This document shows, piece after piece, positions 9,726 to 18,872 of a stretch of 64,000 nucleotides of DNA (the first letter of the stretch is position 1; the number at the start of each line of letters is the position of its first letter). The position numbers and the translations under genes are program-made. Under the pieces are notes generated by a model. That model saw only the letters and a list, made by a program, of their open reading frames with translations, made no database searches and was not told the origin of the DNA. Source of the stretch: a bacterium. GTDB lineage: Bacteria; Patescibacteriota; Minisyncoccia; Minisyncoccales; CG1-02-41-26. The stretch covers positions 48,348-112,347 of the forward strand of contig JAUXAO010000001.1 of assembly GCA_030619905.1 (NCBI GenBank), read 5' to 3'.

Positions 9726-11573
9726 ATGAACAAAGTACTGCAAAATTTTCTCTTTGTCATTCTGATTTTTCTTTTAATATCTTCCCTTTTTGCTTTGTTT
9801 AACCCTCAGATTTTTGAAAAATCAGAAGAAGTTTCTTTTAGTCAGATTAGTCAAGATATTAATCAAGGAAATATAAAAGAGATTATTGTTTCCGGAGATG
9901 ATCTTTTAATCCTTTATCAAGATGGAAAACAGGTGACTTCAAGAAAAGAATCTGATTCTTCTTTAACTCAATCTTTAATAAACTACGGTGTTTCTCAAGA
10001 GAAAATAAGGGGATTTCAGATCAAGATAGAAAAAGAAAAAGGAAGTATCTGGGAATGGCTAATGCCTGTCTTGATTTTCTTACCTCTCTTGATCTTTATC
10101 TGGTTTTTTTGGACTATTTCTAAACAAGCCAAGGCAGGAGCAGGCCAGACATTCAGTTTTTTAAAGGCACCAGCCAAACTTTTTGGAAGCGGAAAAGCTC
10201 CGGGAGAAAAAGTTACTTTCAAAGATGTTGCCGGACTTGAAGGAGCAAAAGAAGAAGTAAAGGAAGTAGTTGATTTTTTGAAAAATCCCAAAAAATTCTG
10301 GAAAATGGGAGCCCGTATTCCTCGAGGAGTTCTACTGATAGGTCCACCGGGAACAGGAAAAACCTTATTAGCTAGAGCTGTAGCAAACGAAAGTGGTGTC
10401 CCTTTTTTCTCAATAGTTGGTTCCGCTTTTGTGGAATTATTTGTTGGAGTTGGAAGCTCTAGGGTAAGAAGTCTTTTTGAAACAGCAAAAAAGAACCAAC
10501 CAAGCATTCTTTTCATTGACGAAATTGATGCTATAGGTAAAACAAGAATGCCTGGAGTAGGTGGTGGTCATGAAGAAAGAGAACAAACTTTAAATCAAAT
10601 TTTGGCTGAAATGGACGGTTTTGAAAGAGACACTGGAGTAATTGTTATCGGAGCTACTAATAAACCTGATGTTTTGGATTCTGCTCTCCTCCGGCCGGGA
10701 AGATTTGATAGAAGAATTGTTCTGGATTTACCAGACATTAAAGGGAGAAAAGAAATTTTAAAGATTCACTGCCGAGATAAACCTTTATCTTTAGATGTTA
10801 ATTTAGATGAAATCGCCGAAAGAACACCAGGATTTTCTGGGGCTGACTTAGCAAATTTAGTTAATGAAGCAGCTATTTTCGCGGCTCGCAAAGATAAAAA
10901 ACAAATTTATCAAGAAGAATTTTTAGAATCAATAGAAAAAGTATTGTTGGGTCCAGAAAGAAAAAGTCATCTTTTATCAAAAAAAGAAAAGGAAATTTGC
11001 GCTTTTCATGAAGCCGGTCACGCTTTAGTTGCCGCTTCAATTCCTGAAGCAGAGCAGGTCAGAAAAATCTCAATTGTTTCCCGTGGAATGGTAGCTGGTT
11101 ATACTTTGGCCCTGCCTAAAGAAGAAAAAAGGATTAAAACCAAATCAGAATTTTTAGCCGAACTCTCTGTTCTCTTAGGTGGATTCTGTGCTGAAAAATT
11201 AAAATTTAAGGAAATCTCAACTGGAGCAACAAACGACTTAGAAAAAGTAAGTTTATTGGCTCGAAACCTGGTAACAAAATATGGGATGTCAAAACTAGGA
11301 CCTATCTCCTTTGGTAAGAGAGAAAGTATGCCTTTTCTCGGATGGGAAGCAGAAACTGAAAGAAATTACTCTGAAAAAATAGCAACCGCAATTGACAAAG
11401 AAACCGAGAGATTTATAAAAGAGGCCGAAAAGAAGACAATAAGGATTTTAAAAAAGAAGAGAAAAACTTTGGAGAGAATAGCTAAGGTTTTGATTGAAAA
11501 GGAAACAATTGAAAAAGAAGAATTTGAAAACTTGATAAAAAAGAAAGGAAAAATAAAGAAAGTAAAAAGATAA
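9726..11573 (+). CDS. ftsH: ATP-dependent zinc metalloprotease FtsH
   Basis: Two TM helices, [28 protein letters not shown]. Confidence 0.97.
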   Translation: MNKVLQNFLFVILIFLLISSLFALFNPQIFEKSEEVSFSQISQDINQGNIKEIIVSGDDLLILYQDGKQVTSRKESDSSLTQSLINYGVSQEKIRGFQIKIEKEKGSIWEWLMPVLIFLPLLIFIWFFWTISKQAKAGAGQTFSFLKAPAKLFGSGKAPGEKVTFKDVAGLEGAKEEVKEVVDFLKNPKKFWKMGARIPRGVLLIGPPGTGKTLLARAVANESGVPFFSIVGSAFVELFVGVGSSRVRSLFETAKKNQPSILFIDEIDAIGKTRMPGVGGGHEEREQTLNQILAEMDGFERDTGVIVIGATNKPDVLDSALLRPGRFDRRIVLDLPDIKGRKEILKIHCRDKPLSLDVNLDEIAERTPGFSGADLANLVNEAAIFAARKDKKQIYQEEFLESIEKVLLGPERKSHLLSKKEKEICAFHEAGHALVAASIPEAEQVRKISIVSRGMVAGYTLALPKEEKRIKTKSEFLAELSVLLGGFCAEKLKFKEISTGATNDLEKVSLLARNLVTKYGMSKLGPISFGKRESMPFLGWEAETERNYSEKIATAIDKETERFIKEAEKKTIRILKKKRKTLERIAKVLIEKETIEKEEFENLIKKKGKIKKVKR

Positions 11574-11578
11574 ACATT

Positions 11579-11650
11579 GGGCATGTAGCTCAGTGGTAGA
11601 GCGCCAAACTTATAATTTGGTGGTCCCAGGTTCAAATCCTGGCATGCCCA
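11579..11650 (+). tRNA. tRNA-Ile(UAU)
   Basis: Acceptor GGGCATG/CATGCCC, anticodon arm CCAAA-CTTATAA-TTTGG, discriminator A. Confidence 0.9.
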
Positions 11651-11654
11651 CCCT

Positions 11655-11728
11655 GGGCGCGTAGCTCAGTTGGTAAGAGTGTCGCTTTGACATAGCGGAG
11701 GTCACAGGTTCAACTCCTGTCGCGCCCA
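11655..11728 (+). tRNA. tRNA-Val(GAC)
   Basis: GGGCGCG/CGCGCCC acceptor, loop TTGACAT. Confidence 0.93.
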
Positions 11729-11740
11729 CTAAATAAAAAT

Positions 11741-12091
11741 ATGGCAGAAAAAACTGAAAAAATTATACAACCATTTCTAAAAAAAGATTTAGTTGATGTC
11801 CAACCAGGAAATACGGTCAAGGTTTATCAAAAAATTCCTGGAGAAAAAGAAAGGATCCAGGTTTTTGAAGGCGTTGTCTTAGCTAGAAAACATGGGAAAG
11901 GAATTTCCTCTACTTTGACAGTAAGAAAAATGGTTGGCGATGTTGGAGTAGAAAAAATCTTTCCTTTACATTCTCCAAATATTGAAAAAATTGAAGTTTT
12001 AGAGAGAGGAAAAGTAAGAAGAGCAAAACTTTATTATTTAAGAGAAAGAGTTGGTAAAAAAGCAAGATTAAAGAGGAAGAAAGATAAATAA
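11741..12091 (+). CDS. rplS: 50S ribosomal protein L19
   Basis: [33 protein letters not shown]. Confidence 0.97.
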   Translation: MAEKTEKIIQPFLKKDLVDVQPGNTVKVYQKIPGEKERIQVFEGVVLARKHGKGISSTLTVRKMVGDVGVEKIFPLHSPNIEKIEVLERGKVRRAKLYYLRERVGKKARLKRKKDK

Positions 12092-12093
12092 AT

Positions 12094-12178
12094 GCCCAGG
12101 TGCTGAAATTTGGTATACAGGCTAGCTTGAGGTGCTAGTGAGCGTTAGCTCGTGGGAGTTCAAGTCTCCCCCTGGGCA
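12094..12178 (+). tRNA. tRNA-Leu(GAG)
   Basis: GCCCAGG/CCTGGGC, CTAGC-TTGAGGT-GCTAG, long variable arm. Confidence 0.93.
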
Positions 12179-12183
12179 CAAAT

Positions 12184-12258
12184 GGGCACTTGGCGCAGTT
12201 GGTTTAGCGCGTCACGCTTACATCGTGAAGGTCGGGGGTTCGAATCCCTCAGTGCCCA
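12184..12258 (+). tRNA. tRNA-Val(UAC)
   Basis: GGGCACT/AGTGCCC, TCACG-CTTACAT-CGTGA. Confidence 0.93.
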
Positions 12259-12263
12259 CATTT

Positions 12264-12339
12264 GCCGCGGTAGCTCATGTAGTAGAGCGCAAAGCTGAAA
12301 ACTTTGAGGTAGCCAGTGCAAGTCTGGCCCGCGGCACCA
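12264..12339 (+). tRNA. tRNA-Phe(GAA)
   Basis: GCCGCGG/CCGCGGC, CAAAG-CTGAAAA-CTTTG, encoded CCA; T-loop reads TGCAA. Confidence 0.92.
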
Positions 12340-12353
12340 AAGAGTCACGTCCA

Positions 12354-12410
12354 TTGACATAGGATTAGACACTGGTATATAATTAATAATACATACTAAC
12401 TAGTGTCTAA
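12354..12410 (+). promoter_or_regulatory. sigma70 promoter with overlapping inverted-repeat operator candidate
   Basis: TTGACA(12354)-18 bp-TATAAT(12378); inverted repeat TTAGACACT(12365)/AGTGTCTAA(12402). Confidence 0.7.
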
Positions 12411-12412
12411 CT

Positions 12413-13093
12413 ATGAATGAAAAAGGACGTAAAATTATTGCCCTTCGTAAGCAAGGAAAGACCTACGGAGAAATAGAAAATATCTTGAAATTACCCAAAA
12501 GCACAGTGGGCTGGTGGTTAAGAGGTGTCAAAATACCAAAGATGATAGAAAGACAAACACTCGAACGATGTAGAGAAAAATGGCGTAGAAATATTTCTGA
12601 CTATAATAAAATCTATGCCCAAATTCGCTCTCAGAAAGCAGCTAGAATAAGAGAAAAATATAAAGAAAAAGGATTTAGAGAAATTAAAAAATTAACCAAG
12701 AAGGATTTAAAAATAATCGGTGGCGCCCTTTATTGGGCTGAAGGAAATACCAAAAACAGACATATTTTGCGTTTCGCAAATTCTAACCCAGAGATCATAA
12801 GAATAATGATGAAGTTTTTTCGTAAACCTTGTAATATAGCTGAAGAAAAAATTAAAGCAAGAATCCATCTTTATCCAACAATAAACCAGCGTAAAGCGAC
12901 CAATTACTGGAAAAAGATTACTGGTTTACCTAAAAAGAATTTTCATCCACCCCAAATGCAAATAAGCCGAGCAAGTAAGGGCAAAAGGTCAAGAAATACT
13001 CTACCTTATGGAACTCTACACTTGACGGCCGGTAACACTGAAATTACTTGCAAAGTAAAAGGATGGATTAGAGCTATCTCTGAAAAAATTTAA
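12413..13093 (+). CDS. N-terminal HTH protein with a LAGLIDADG-like C-terminal domain
   Basis: LRKQGKTYGEIENILKLPKSTVGWW HTH; GALYWAEG..FANSNPEII helix motif; sits between two tRNAs. Confidence 0.7.
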   Translation: MNEKGRKIIALRKQGKTYGEIENILKLPKSTVGWWLRGVKIPKMIERQTLERCREKWRRNISDYNKIYAQIRSQKAARIREKYKEKGFREIKKLTKKDLKIIGGALYWAEGNTKNRHILRFANSNPEIIRIMMKFFRKPCNIAEEKIKARIHLYPTINQRKATNYWKKITGLPKKNFHPPQMQISRASKGKRSRNTLPYGTLHLTAGNTEITCKVKGWIRAISEKI

Positions 13094-13094
13094 C

Positions 13095-13166
13095 GCGGGT
13101 GTAGTATAGTGGTTATTATGCAACCTTGCCAAGGTTGAGGCGGCGGTTCGATTCCGCTCACCCGCT
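13095..13166 (+). tRNA. tRNA-Gly(GCC)
   Basis: GCGGGTG/CACCCGC, CAACC-TTGCCAA-GGTTG. Confidence 0.94.
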
Positions 13167-13236
13167 CCGCCAGGTCTTGACATTCAGTCTCAAATATGAT
13201 ATTTTGAGCAAATCCCTATTCCTTAGGGATTTTAAT

Positions 13237-13746
13237 ATGTTATCAAATAAAAAATGGTATTTGCTGATTTCCTCAATTTTGATAGGAGTTTTAGGAATTT
13301 TCCCCTTCTATCTGCCAAGCGGAAAGCAAGTAATGGCAGATGCTGAGATTGATTTAACCAACCAAGAGTTTTTGGATTTACAAGTCATCCAGCAAACAAC
13401 CTTACTTCCTTTAATCTCTCATTTATCTTCAGAAAATATAGAGACCCTGGAAAAATTTGAGGTAATAGTAACCGCTTATTCTTCCAGTGTTTGGGAGACT
13501 CAAGGAGATCCTTTTATTACTGCTTCCGGAGCCAGAGTGGAAGATGGGATTGTGGCTAATAATTTTCTTCCATTCGGAAGTCAAATTAGATTACCAAAAA
13601 TCTTTGGTGATAAAATTTTTACAGTGAAAGACAGAATGCATTCAAGGAAAGGCCCTTATCAAATTGATGTCTGGTTCTCCTCAAGAGAAGAGGCTCTAGA
13701 ATTCGGAGCTAAATTAACAGAAATGGAAATTGTAAAATTACCTTAA
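13237..13746 (+). CDS. 3D-domain (MltA-like) exported protein
   Basis: N-terminal TM; VTAYSS, DPFITASG, VANNFLPFG, VKDRM, IDVWF; start moved to ATG 13237 because the longer ORF overlaps tRNA-Gly. Confidence 0.85.
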   Translation: MLSNKKWYLLISSILIGVLGIFPFYLPSGKQVMADAEIDLTNQEFLDLQVIQQTTLLPLISHLSSENIETLEKFEVIVTAYSSSVWETQGDPFITASGARVEDGIVANNFLPFGSQIRLPKIFGDKIFTVKDRMHSRKGPYQIDVWFSSREEALEFGAKLTEMEIVKLP

Positions 13747-13773
13747 TAGTTTTAATAAATATAAATTTTATGT

Positions 13774-13803
13774 AAAACTCCGCGACAGCATCGCGGAGTT
13801 TTT
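13774..13803. terminator. Intrinsic terminator (likely bidirectional)
   Basis: AAAACTCCGCGA-cagca-TCGCGGAGTTTT. Confidence 0.85.
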
Positions 13804-14011
13804 GTTTCTCTTTTGTACACTATAATTGAAAATAGTTCTAAGATTTTTCGTCGCCGCAGGCGGCGAAAACAAGTCTCCATAATTTGCGACTCGCCTGCAA
13901 GTTATCGGTTAGAAAACAAAGCACGAAAAAACAGAATCTTTTCAAATTTCTGTTTCCAAGTTAACAATGAAAAATTTCCTTTTATTAAAATATGATTCAA
14001 GCCGATATTTT

Positions 14012-14778
14012 TTACAGGTTTTCTAATAGTTTTTCAGTAAAAATTTTTTTATTTAATTGCCAACCAATTTTTGAAGGGTAGTTTTGTTTTATATAATGCC
14101 GTCTTTTCATTAATTTCCATTTCTCAAAAATTTTGCGTTTTCGAGAAAGATACAAAGTTGGATTATTTCTATACATGGATTTAGCCAATTTCTCACAATC
14201 ATCAATATAGAGACAAATATCATATAAAATCATTCTAACTCCCTGTTTATCAATTTTTGATGCACAGACTTTGTAGAGATATTTAAATTTTTACAAAGTT
14301 GTTGATTAAATCCAGTAATAAAAGATAAACTGGAACTCACGAATCCGACTTTAATCTGTGGTGTTTTATTAACTTTATAAATATAAACTGATCCATCACC
14401 ATCAAAAAATCCTCGAACAAAATCAGAGAAGTATCTATTAGGAACCTTGATGGGTTTTAGATTGTTATAGGTTTTCTTGGGTATAATTCCCAGATTTATT
14501 AAACTTTTACAAACTTCTTTATTGGAAATTTGGATGAAAGAATATTTTTTTTCGCCAGTACAACTACTGCTTTTTAGTCCTAATTTGTATTGAGACGACA
14601 TCGCTTTTTGAATTTTCTCTAAATGTTTTCTATCCTTACTGGTGATATTCATTATATAAGAATCTTTTCTATCTTTACGTTTGCACACCGAACCATCAGC
14701 TACAATAAAACCTAATATATATGCCATATTAGATGACCATTGCTGAAAAAATTTAGTATTTATTCTTTGTTTTAACAT
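14012..14778 (-). pseudogene. LAGLIDADG-family endonuclease, frameshifted
   Basis: AYILGFIVADG and FVRGFFDGDG motifs; the frame breaks at an A5 run (plus-strand T5, 14254-14258) and continues in ORF 14012-14233 (..MYRNNPTLYLSRK). Confidence 0.8.
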
Positions 14779-14791
14779 TTTAAAATTTCAT

Positions 14792-14878
14792 TGGTGCCCG
14801 GAGTGGGATTTGCACCCACACGGGGAGAATCCCCACTGGATTTTAAGTCCAGATCGTCTGCTGTTCCGACACCCGGGC
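14792..14878 (-). tRNA. tRNA-Leu(UAA)
   Basis: CTGGA-CTTAAAA-TCCAG, long variable arm, encoded CCA. Confidence 0.92.
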
Positions 14879-14897
14879 AAATTAATATTTTTACAAG

Positions 14898-14969
14898 AGG
14901 CCGGGGTGAGAATTGCACCCACGTATAGCGGTTTTGCAAACCGCTGCCTTGCTACTTGGCTACCCGGCC
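14898..14969 (-). tRNA. tRNA-Cys(GCA)
   Basis: GGCCGGG/CCCGGCC, GCGGT-TTGCAAA-ACCGC, U discriminator. Confidence 0.92.
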
Positions 14970-15006
14970 TTACTTAACTTTATTAAAACTTATTTCTCAA
15001 GATTTT

Positions 15007-15357
15007 TCAATCTTTTTCTTCCCGGATTTTGTCCAAAATCTCCTCAATCTTCTGAGTTTCTACTAATTTAGATTCTTTAAGAAATTCTATTCTGGGAACT
15101 GGTCTCATTTTTAGACGTTTATCAAGTTTTTTTTGAAGATTGTAGATATTTCTTTTTAAAACTCGGAAAGCTAGGAAAATTTGATTTTCAGGTATTACCG
15201 AGACCCAAATCTTTGCTCCTCTTAAATCAGGTGAACTTTCAACATTAGTTATAGTTATCAAGGTGTTTCTCGGAAATTCAAGTTCTTTAAGAATTATTTT
15301 TCCTAATTCCCTTTTTAGAAGTTCGTTTACTTTTTGAATTCTTTGGGAGCTTGCCAT
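15007..15357 (-). CDS. rbfA: Ribosome-binding factor A
   Basis: RIQKVNELLKRE, ITITNVESSPDL, KMRPVPRIEF; follows infB. Confidence 0.93.
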   Translation of the reverse strand: MASSQRIQKVNELLKRELGKIILKELEFPRNTLITITNVESSPDLRGAKIWVSVIPENQIFLAFRVLKRNIYNLQKKLDKRLKMRPVPRIEFLKESKLVETQKIEEILDKIREEKD

Positions 15358-15382
15358 TTAATTATTAATCATTTATTAGTGA

Positions 15383-16870
15383 TCACAATTCTCCTTTTTT
15401 CCTTTCTTCTTCATATATTTTCAGGATGTCTCCTTGCTCAATTTTAATTTCAGTTTCAAATAATATTCCGCACTCATTCCCCTTAATGGCTCTTTCAATA
15501 TCTTTTCTATTTTGCTGGAGATTGATGATCTTTCCCTCCCCAATTACTTCTTTTCCTCTCAAAATTTCACACTTCTTTCCTTTTTCCATAAACCCATCAA
15601 TTACCCTGCCCCCAATGGTTTGGCGATTTTTTCTTTTGCTAAAAAGGTTTGATATTTCAATTTCTCCTAAATCTTTTCTTAAAATTTCGGGCTCTAATAT
15701 TTTTTCCATTGCCTCTCTTACTCCTTGAACTAATTCATAAATTATCTCAAAAATTTTCACCTTTACCCTTTTCTGGCGCAGAAGATTTAATCCTGAAGGA
15801 TCTACTTTTATCCTAAAACCAAAGATTTGTGCTTTTGACGACTCAGCTAATTTGATATCAACTTCTTGGATGTTTCCTACTTCGCTTTTCAAAATTCTTA
15901 AAATTACTTTTTCTTGGGGAATATTCTTCAAAATATCCTCGATCGCCTCTAAAGAACCCAGAACGTCTGTCTTAAGGATTATATTTAAAACTTTTTTTTC
16001 TTCTTCTACAAAAAGAACAGAGGAAATCTTCTTTTCTTTTTTTTCTATCCCTTCTATAGCTTGATTAATATTTCCATAGACTTTGAATTTATCTCCAACC
16101 CGAGGAGTTTTTTCAAATCCCAAAATACTAACCGGCTGAGATGGTTTAGCATTTTTTATCGGAAATCCTTGAAAATCCATCAAATTCTTAATTTTCCCCC
16201 AGGTTGAGGGAGTACCAATAATCTGTTGTTCTTTCAAATCTCCTTTTTCCAAAATTAGAGTAGCGATCGGTCCCTTTTTCTCGTCAAGATAAGCCTCAAT
16301 TATTGTCCCTTCGCCAAACCCGGAAATATCAGCTTTCAAATTTTCCATTTCAGCCACTAATAAGATTATATCTAAAAGCCCTTCTATACCTTGACCAGTC
16401 TTAGCTGAGAGTTCAATTGAAGGAACTTTACCTCCTAATGATTCAACCAAGATCTCATTTTCCCCTAACTCCCTTTTTGCTCTTTCTATTTGGGCTTGCG
16501 GTTTATCAATTTTATTGATAGCAACAATCATTGGGATACCCGATTTTTTAACAAGATTAATAGCCTCTTTTGTCTGAGTTTTCACTCCTTCATCAGCTGC
16601 AACTACCAAAACAACAATATCAGCCACTTTAGCTCCCCTGGCTCTCATAGACGAAAAAGCTTCATGACCAGGCGTATCAATAAAAGTAATTTTCTTACCA
16701 TCTTTTTCTATTTCATAAGCTCCTATATGCTGAGTAATTCCACCACTTTCCTTCTCCGTAATTTTCAAATCTTTAATTTTCTCTAAAATTGATGATTTTC
16801 CATGATCAACATGGCCCAACATAACGACTACTGGCGGTCGGTCTATTAAATTCTTATTCTCTTCTGTCAT
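15383..16870 (-). CDS. infB: Translation initiation factor IF-2 (N-terminally minimal)
   Basis: RPPVVVMLGHVDHGKS, GGITQHIGAY, DTPGHEAF, NKID; 495 aa. Confidence 0.96.
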   Translation of the reverse strand: MTEENKNLIDRPPVVVMLGHVDHGKSSILEKIKDLKITEKESGGITQHIGAYEIEKDGKKITFIDTPGHEAFSSMRARGAKVADIVVLVVAADEGVKTQTKEAINLVKKSGIPMIVAINKIDKPQAQIERAKRELGENEILVESLGGKVPSIELSAKTGQGIEGLLDIILLVAEMENLKADISGFGEGTIIEAYLDEKKGPIATLILEKGDLKEQQIIGTPSTWGKIKNLMDFQGFPIKNAKPSQPVSILGFEKTPRVGDKFKVYGNINQAIEGIEKKEKKISSVLFVEEEKKVLNIILKTDVLGSLEAIEDILKNIPQEKVILRILKSEVGNIQEVDIKLAESSKAQIFGFRIKVDPSGLNLLRQKRVKVKIFEIIYELVQGVREAMEKILEPEILRKDLGEIEISNLFSKRKNRQTIGGRVIDGFMEKGKKCEILRGKEVIGEGKIINLQQNRKDIERAIKGNECGILFETEIKIEQGDILKIYEEERKKGEL

Positions 16871-16909
16871 ATAAAAGCATATTAACCCAATTAAGTATTT
16901 ATTTCAAGG

Positions 16910-16930
16910 AAAAACCGCCCTTTCGGACGG
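16910..16930 (-). terminator. Intrinsic terminator after tRNA-Ser
   Basis: CCGTCC-GAAA-GGGCGG-TTTTT on the minus strand. Confidence 0.75.
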
Positions 16931-16936
16931 CAGTAG

Positions 16937-17020
16937 CGGTGGGTGCAGGATTCGAACCTGCGAGAGCTTTCGCTCACTGCTTTTCGAAAGCAGCACTTTA
17001 AACCACTCAGACAACCCACC
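16937..17020 (-). tRNA. tRNA-Ser(CGA)
   Basis: GGTGGGT/ACCCACC, CTGCT-TTCGAAA-AGCAG, long variable arm, G discriminator. Confidence 0.93.
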
Positions 17021-17023
17021 TTT

Positions 17024-17986
17024 CTAGTGAAAGATAGAAGGGAAATCATTATCCCATTTCACTTCTTTAGGCAAAAGAAAAGGAAAATTATTACCAAAGA
17101 AATAAACTAAAGAATTAAGCAATTTTCCTTTAATAATTTTTAACCTGAAAAAACTTTTAACCTTCCTATGATATTTTTCAAAATCAGGAAAATTATCTAG
17201 CAGAATATTAGATGCTTTCAATCCCCAGATTATTCCTCCTCCACTCCAAGGTTTTGTTAAACCCATGCTATCTCCGCAAAGAGTAATATTCTTTGTTTTT
17301 GGAATAATTAATCCTTGAGGGACTAAGCTGGTTTTTAATTCTGTTTTTGAAATATTGACTTTTTGTTTCAGGTAAAATTCCTTAAATCCCTTTTTAATTA
17401 AACCTATTTTCCCGATTCCTCCGTATTCTACTTCTTCACCTCTGGGAATTTTCCATAAAAATCCTGATTTTAATGGCCAAGTTTCCACTTGAAAAGAAGA
17501 ATCCTGACAAGGAATTCTGAAAAAAATCCCTTGACGGAGATAAGGTTTAGGAAGAAAAAGACAATCCCTTATCTTTGATAAAGCTCCATCACAACCAATA
17601 ATTCTATCAAAACCTTCAGGAATTTTACTGACAAATTTATTAAATTTTACTTGAACACCGGCTCTCTGACTAAACTCAAGTAAACTTTCATCAAGTTTTT
17701 TTCGGTTAACAACTAAGTGGGGTGTTTTTAAATTCAGAATTATGTCTTTTTTAGAAAAATGAATAATAAAAGAACTAATTCTATTAGTAGCTGTTGATTC
17801 TTCTAAAGGAATAAAATCTTTTAGTCGTTCTGAAATAAGAGAAGAACAAGGTTTTTCTCCGACTTTGGCTTTTCTTTCAAAAACAGTAACTTTATAACCT
17901 TTCTCAGCCAACTTCCAAGCTAAATATAATCCTATTGTTCCAGCTCCAACAATAGCAACTTTCATTCTTTTAGAGTTTGTTTTCAT
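17024..17986 (-). CDS. FAD-dependent oxidoreductase, geranylgeranyl reductase-like
   Basis: GAGTIG Rossmann motif, KPCS, IIGCDG, LCGD..GLTKPWSGGGI. Confidence 0.8.
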   Translation of the reverse strand: MKTNSKRMKVAIVGAGTIGLYLAWKLAEKGYKVTVFERKAKVGEKPCSSLISERLKDFIPLEESTATNRISSFIIHFSKKDIILNLKTPHLVVNRKKLDESLLEFSQRAGVQVKFNKFVSKIPEGFDRIIGCDGALSKIRDCLFLPKPYLRQGIFFRIPCQDSSFQVETWPLKSGFLWKIPRGEEVEYGGIGKIGLIKKGFKEFYLKQKVNISKTELKTSLVPQGLIIPKTKNITLCGDSMGLTKPWSGGGIIWGLKASNILLDNFPDFEKYHRKVKSFFRLKIIKGKLLNSLVYFFGNNFPFLLPKEVKWDNDFPSIFH

Positions 17987-17992
17987 AAAATA

Positions 17993-18064
17993 TGGACCCG
18001 GCGGGACTCGAACCCGCGATCTTTAATATGCCATACTAACGCTTTTCCTCTAAGCTACGGGCCC
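17993..18064 (-). tRNA. tRNA-Ala(GGC)
   Basis: G3:U70 pair in acceptor, loop ATGGCAT. Confidence 0.9.
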
Positions 18065-18070
18065 TGTGTG

Positions 18071-18143
18071 TGCCCCTGATAGGAATCGAACCTATATTTA
18101 AGGCTTAGGAGTCCTTTGTTCTAATCCATTGAACTACAGGGGC
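18071..18143 (-). tRNA. tRNA-Arg(CCU)
   Basis: GCCCCTG/CAGGGGC, loop CTCCTAA. Confidence 0.9.
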
Positions 18144-18149
18144 TGAATG

Positions 18150-18224
18150 GGTGGCCGACGCGACTCGAACGCGCAACCGCCGGGGCCACATCCCGGAGCT
18201 CTAGCCAATTGAGCTACGGCCACC
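18150..18224 (-). tRNA. tRNA-His(GUG)
   Basis: Encoded G-1, GTGGCCG/CGGCCAC, CCGGG-ATGTGGC-CCCGG. Confidence 0.93.
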
Positions 18225-18230
18225 ATAAAT

Positions 18231-18704
18231 TTATAAAATCTTTTTATAATTGTGAACTAAGTGATGACAATTATGGCAAAGCCAAATAAGATTTGCAAAT
18301 TTGTTATTTTTTCTATCGCCATCTTTATGATGAACTACAAGTACACGTTTGTCAGAAATACCACAGTTCTCACATTTCATCTTTCTATTAGAACGCTTCA
18401 AAATTCCACGACCAGCAAATTCACCACCGGTCCAGTTTGGATGATTCTGTCCTACGAACATTATTCTGTTTTTCCAAATCATAAAACACGATTTACTGCA
18501 AAAGAATTTCCCGCTTTTTGAATGTTTAATCTTAGAAGGTATTCTCCAGGTTTTCTTTCCACAAATTTCACAATATACAAATTTTCCTTTTAAATAGGAC
18601 TTGTATTGGCATTTAGCAGAACAGAATTTTCCCCATCCACGTTTTAAATGACTTGGCTTTGCGTAAAATTCTTTTCCACAAATTTTACAGGATACAATAG
18701 GCAT
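18231..18704 (-). CDS. HNH endonuclease with N-terminal Cys4 zinc-ribbon repeats
   Basis: Two CxxCG..FCSxxC repeats; CENCG..VHHKDGDRKNN..NLIWLCHNCH. Confidence 0.88.
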   Translation of the reverse strand: MPIVSCKICGKEFYAKPSHLKRGWGKFCSAKCQYKSYLKGKFVYCEICGKKTWRIPSKIKHSKSGKFFCSKSCFMIWKNRIMFVGQNHPNWTGGEFAGRGILKRSNRKMKCENCGISDKRVLVVHHKDGDRKNNKFANLIWLCHNCHHLVHNYKKIL

Positions 18705-18784
18705 TCTTTTATTTTATCAAAGAACTAGTAAAAAGTAAACAGACGTCTTTATCACAGACTCTCGTGCTAACCCCTACATCATAG

Positions 18785-18856
18785 TGCCCCCAAGAGGAGT
18801 CGAACCTCTATCCCAAGCTTAGAAGGCTCGTGTTCTATCCATTGAACTATGGGGGC
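18785..18856 (-). tRNA. tRNA-Arg(UCU)
   Basis: GCCCCCA/TGGGGGC, CGAGC-CTTCTAA-GCTTG. Confidence 0.93.
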
Positions 18857-18872
18857 TGGTGATTATCTTAAC

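Noticed and set aside
11366-12372. ORFs overlapping tRNA clusters (also 28670-28961 and the 13126 extension)
   Set aside because: They lie on well-formed tRNA genes and show no protein motifs.
13845-13869. GC-rich hairpin TTTTCGTCGCC-GCA-GGCGGCGAAAA and ORF 13813-13995
   Set aside because: Single copy in the window, so it cannot be called a REP family. It may simply be a minus-strand terminator, and the ORF has no recognisable features.
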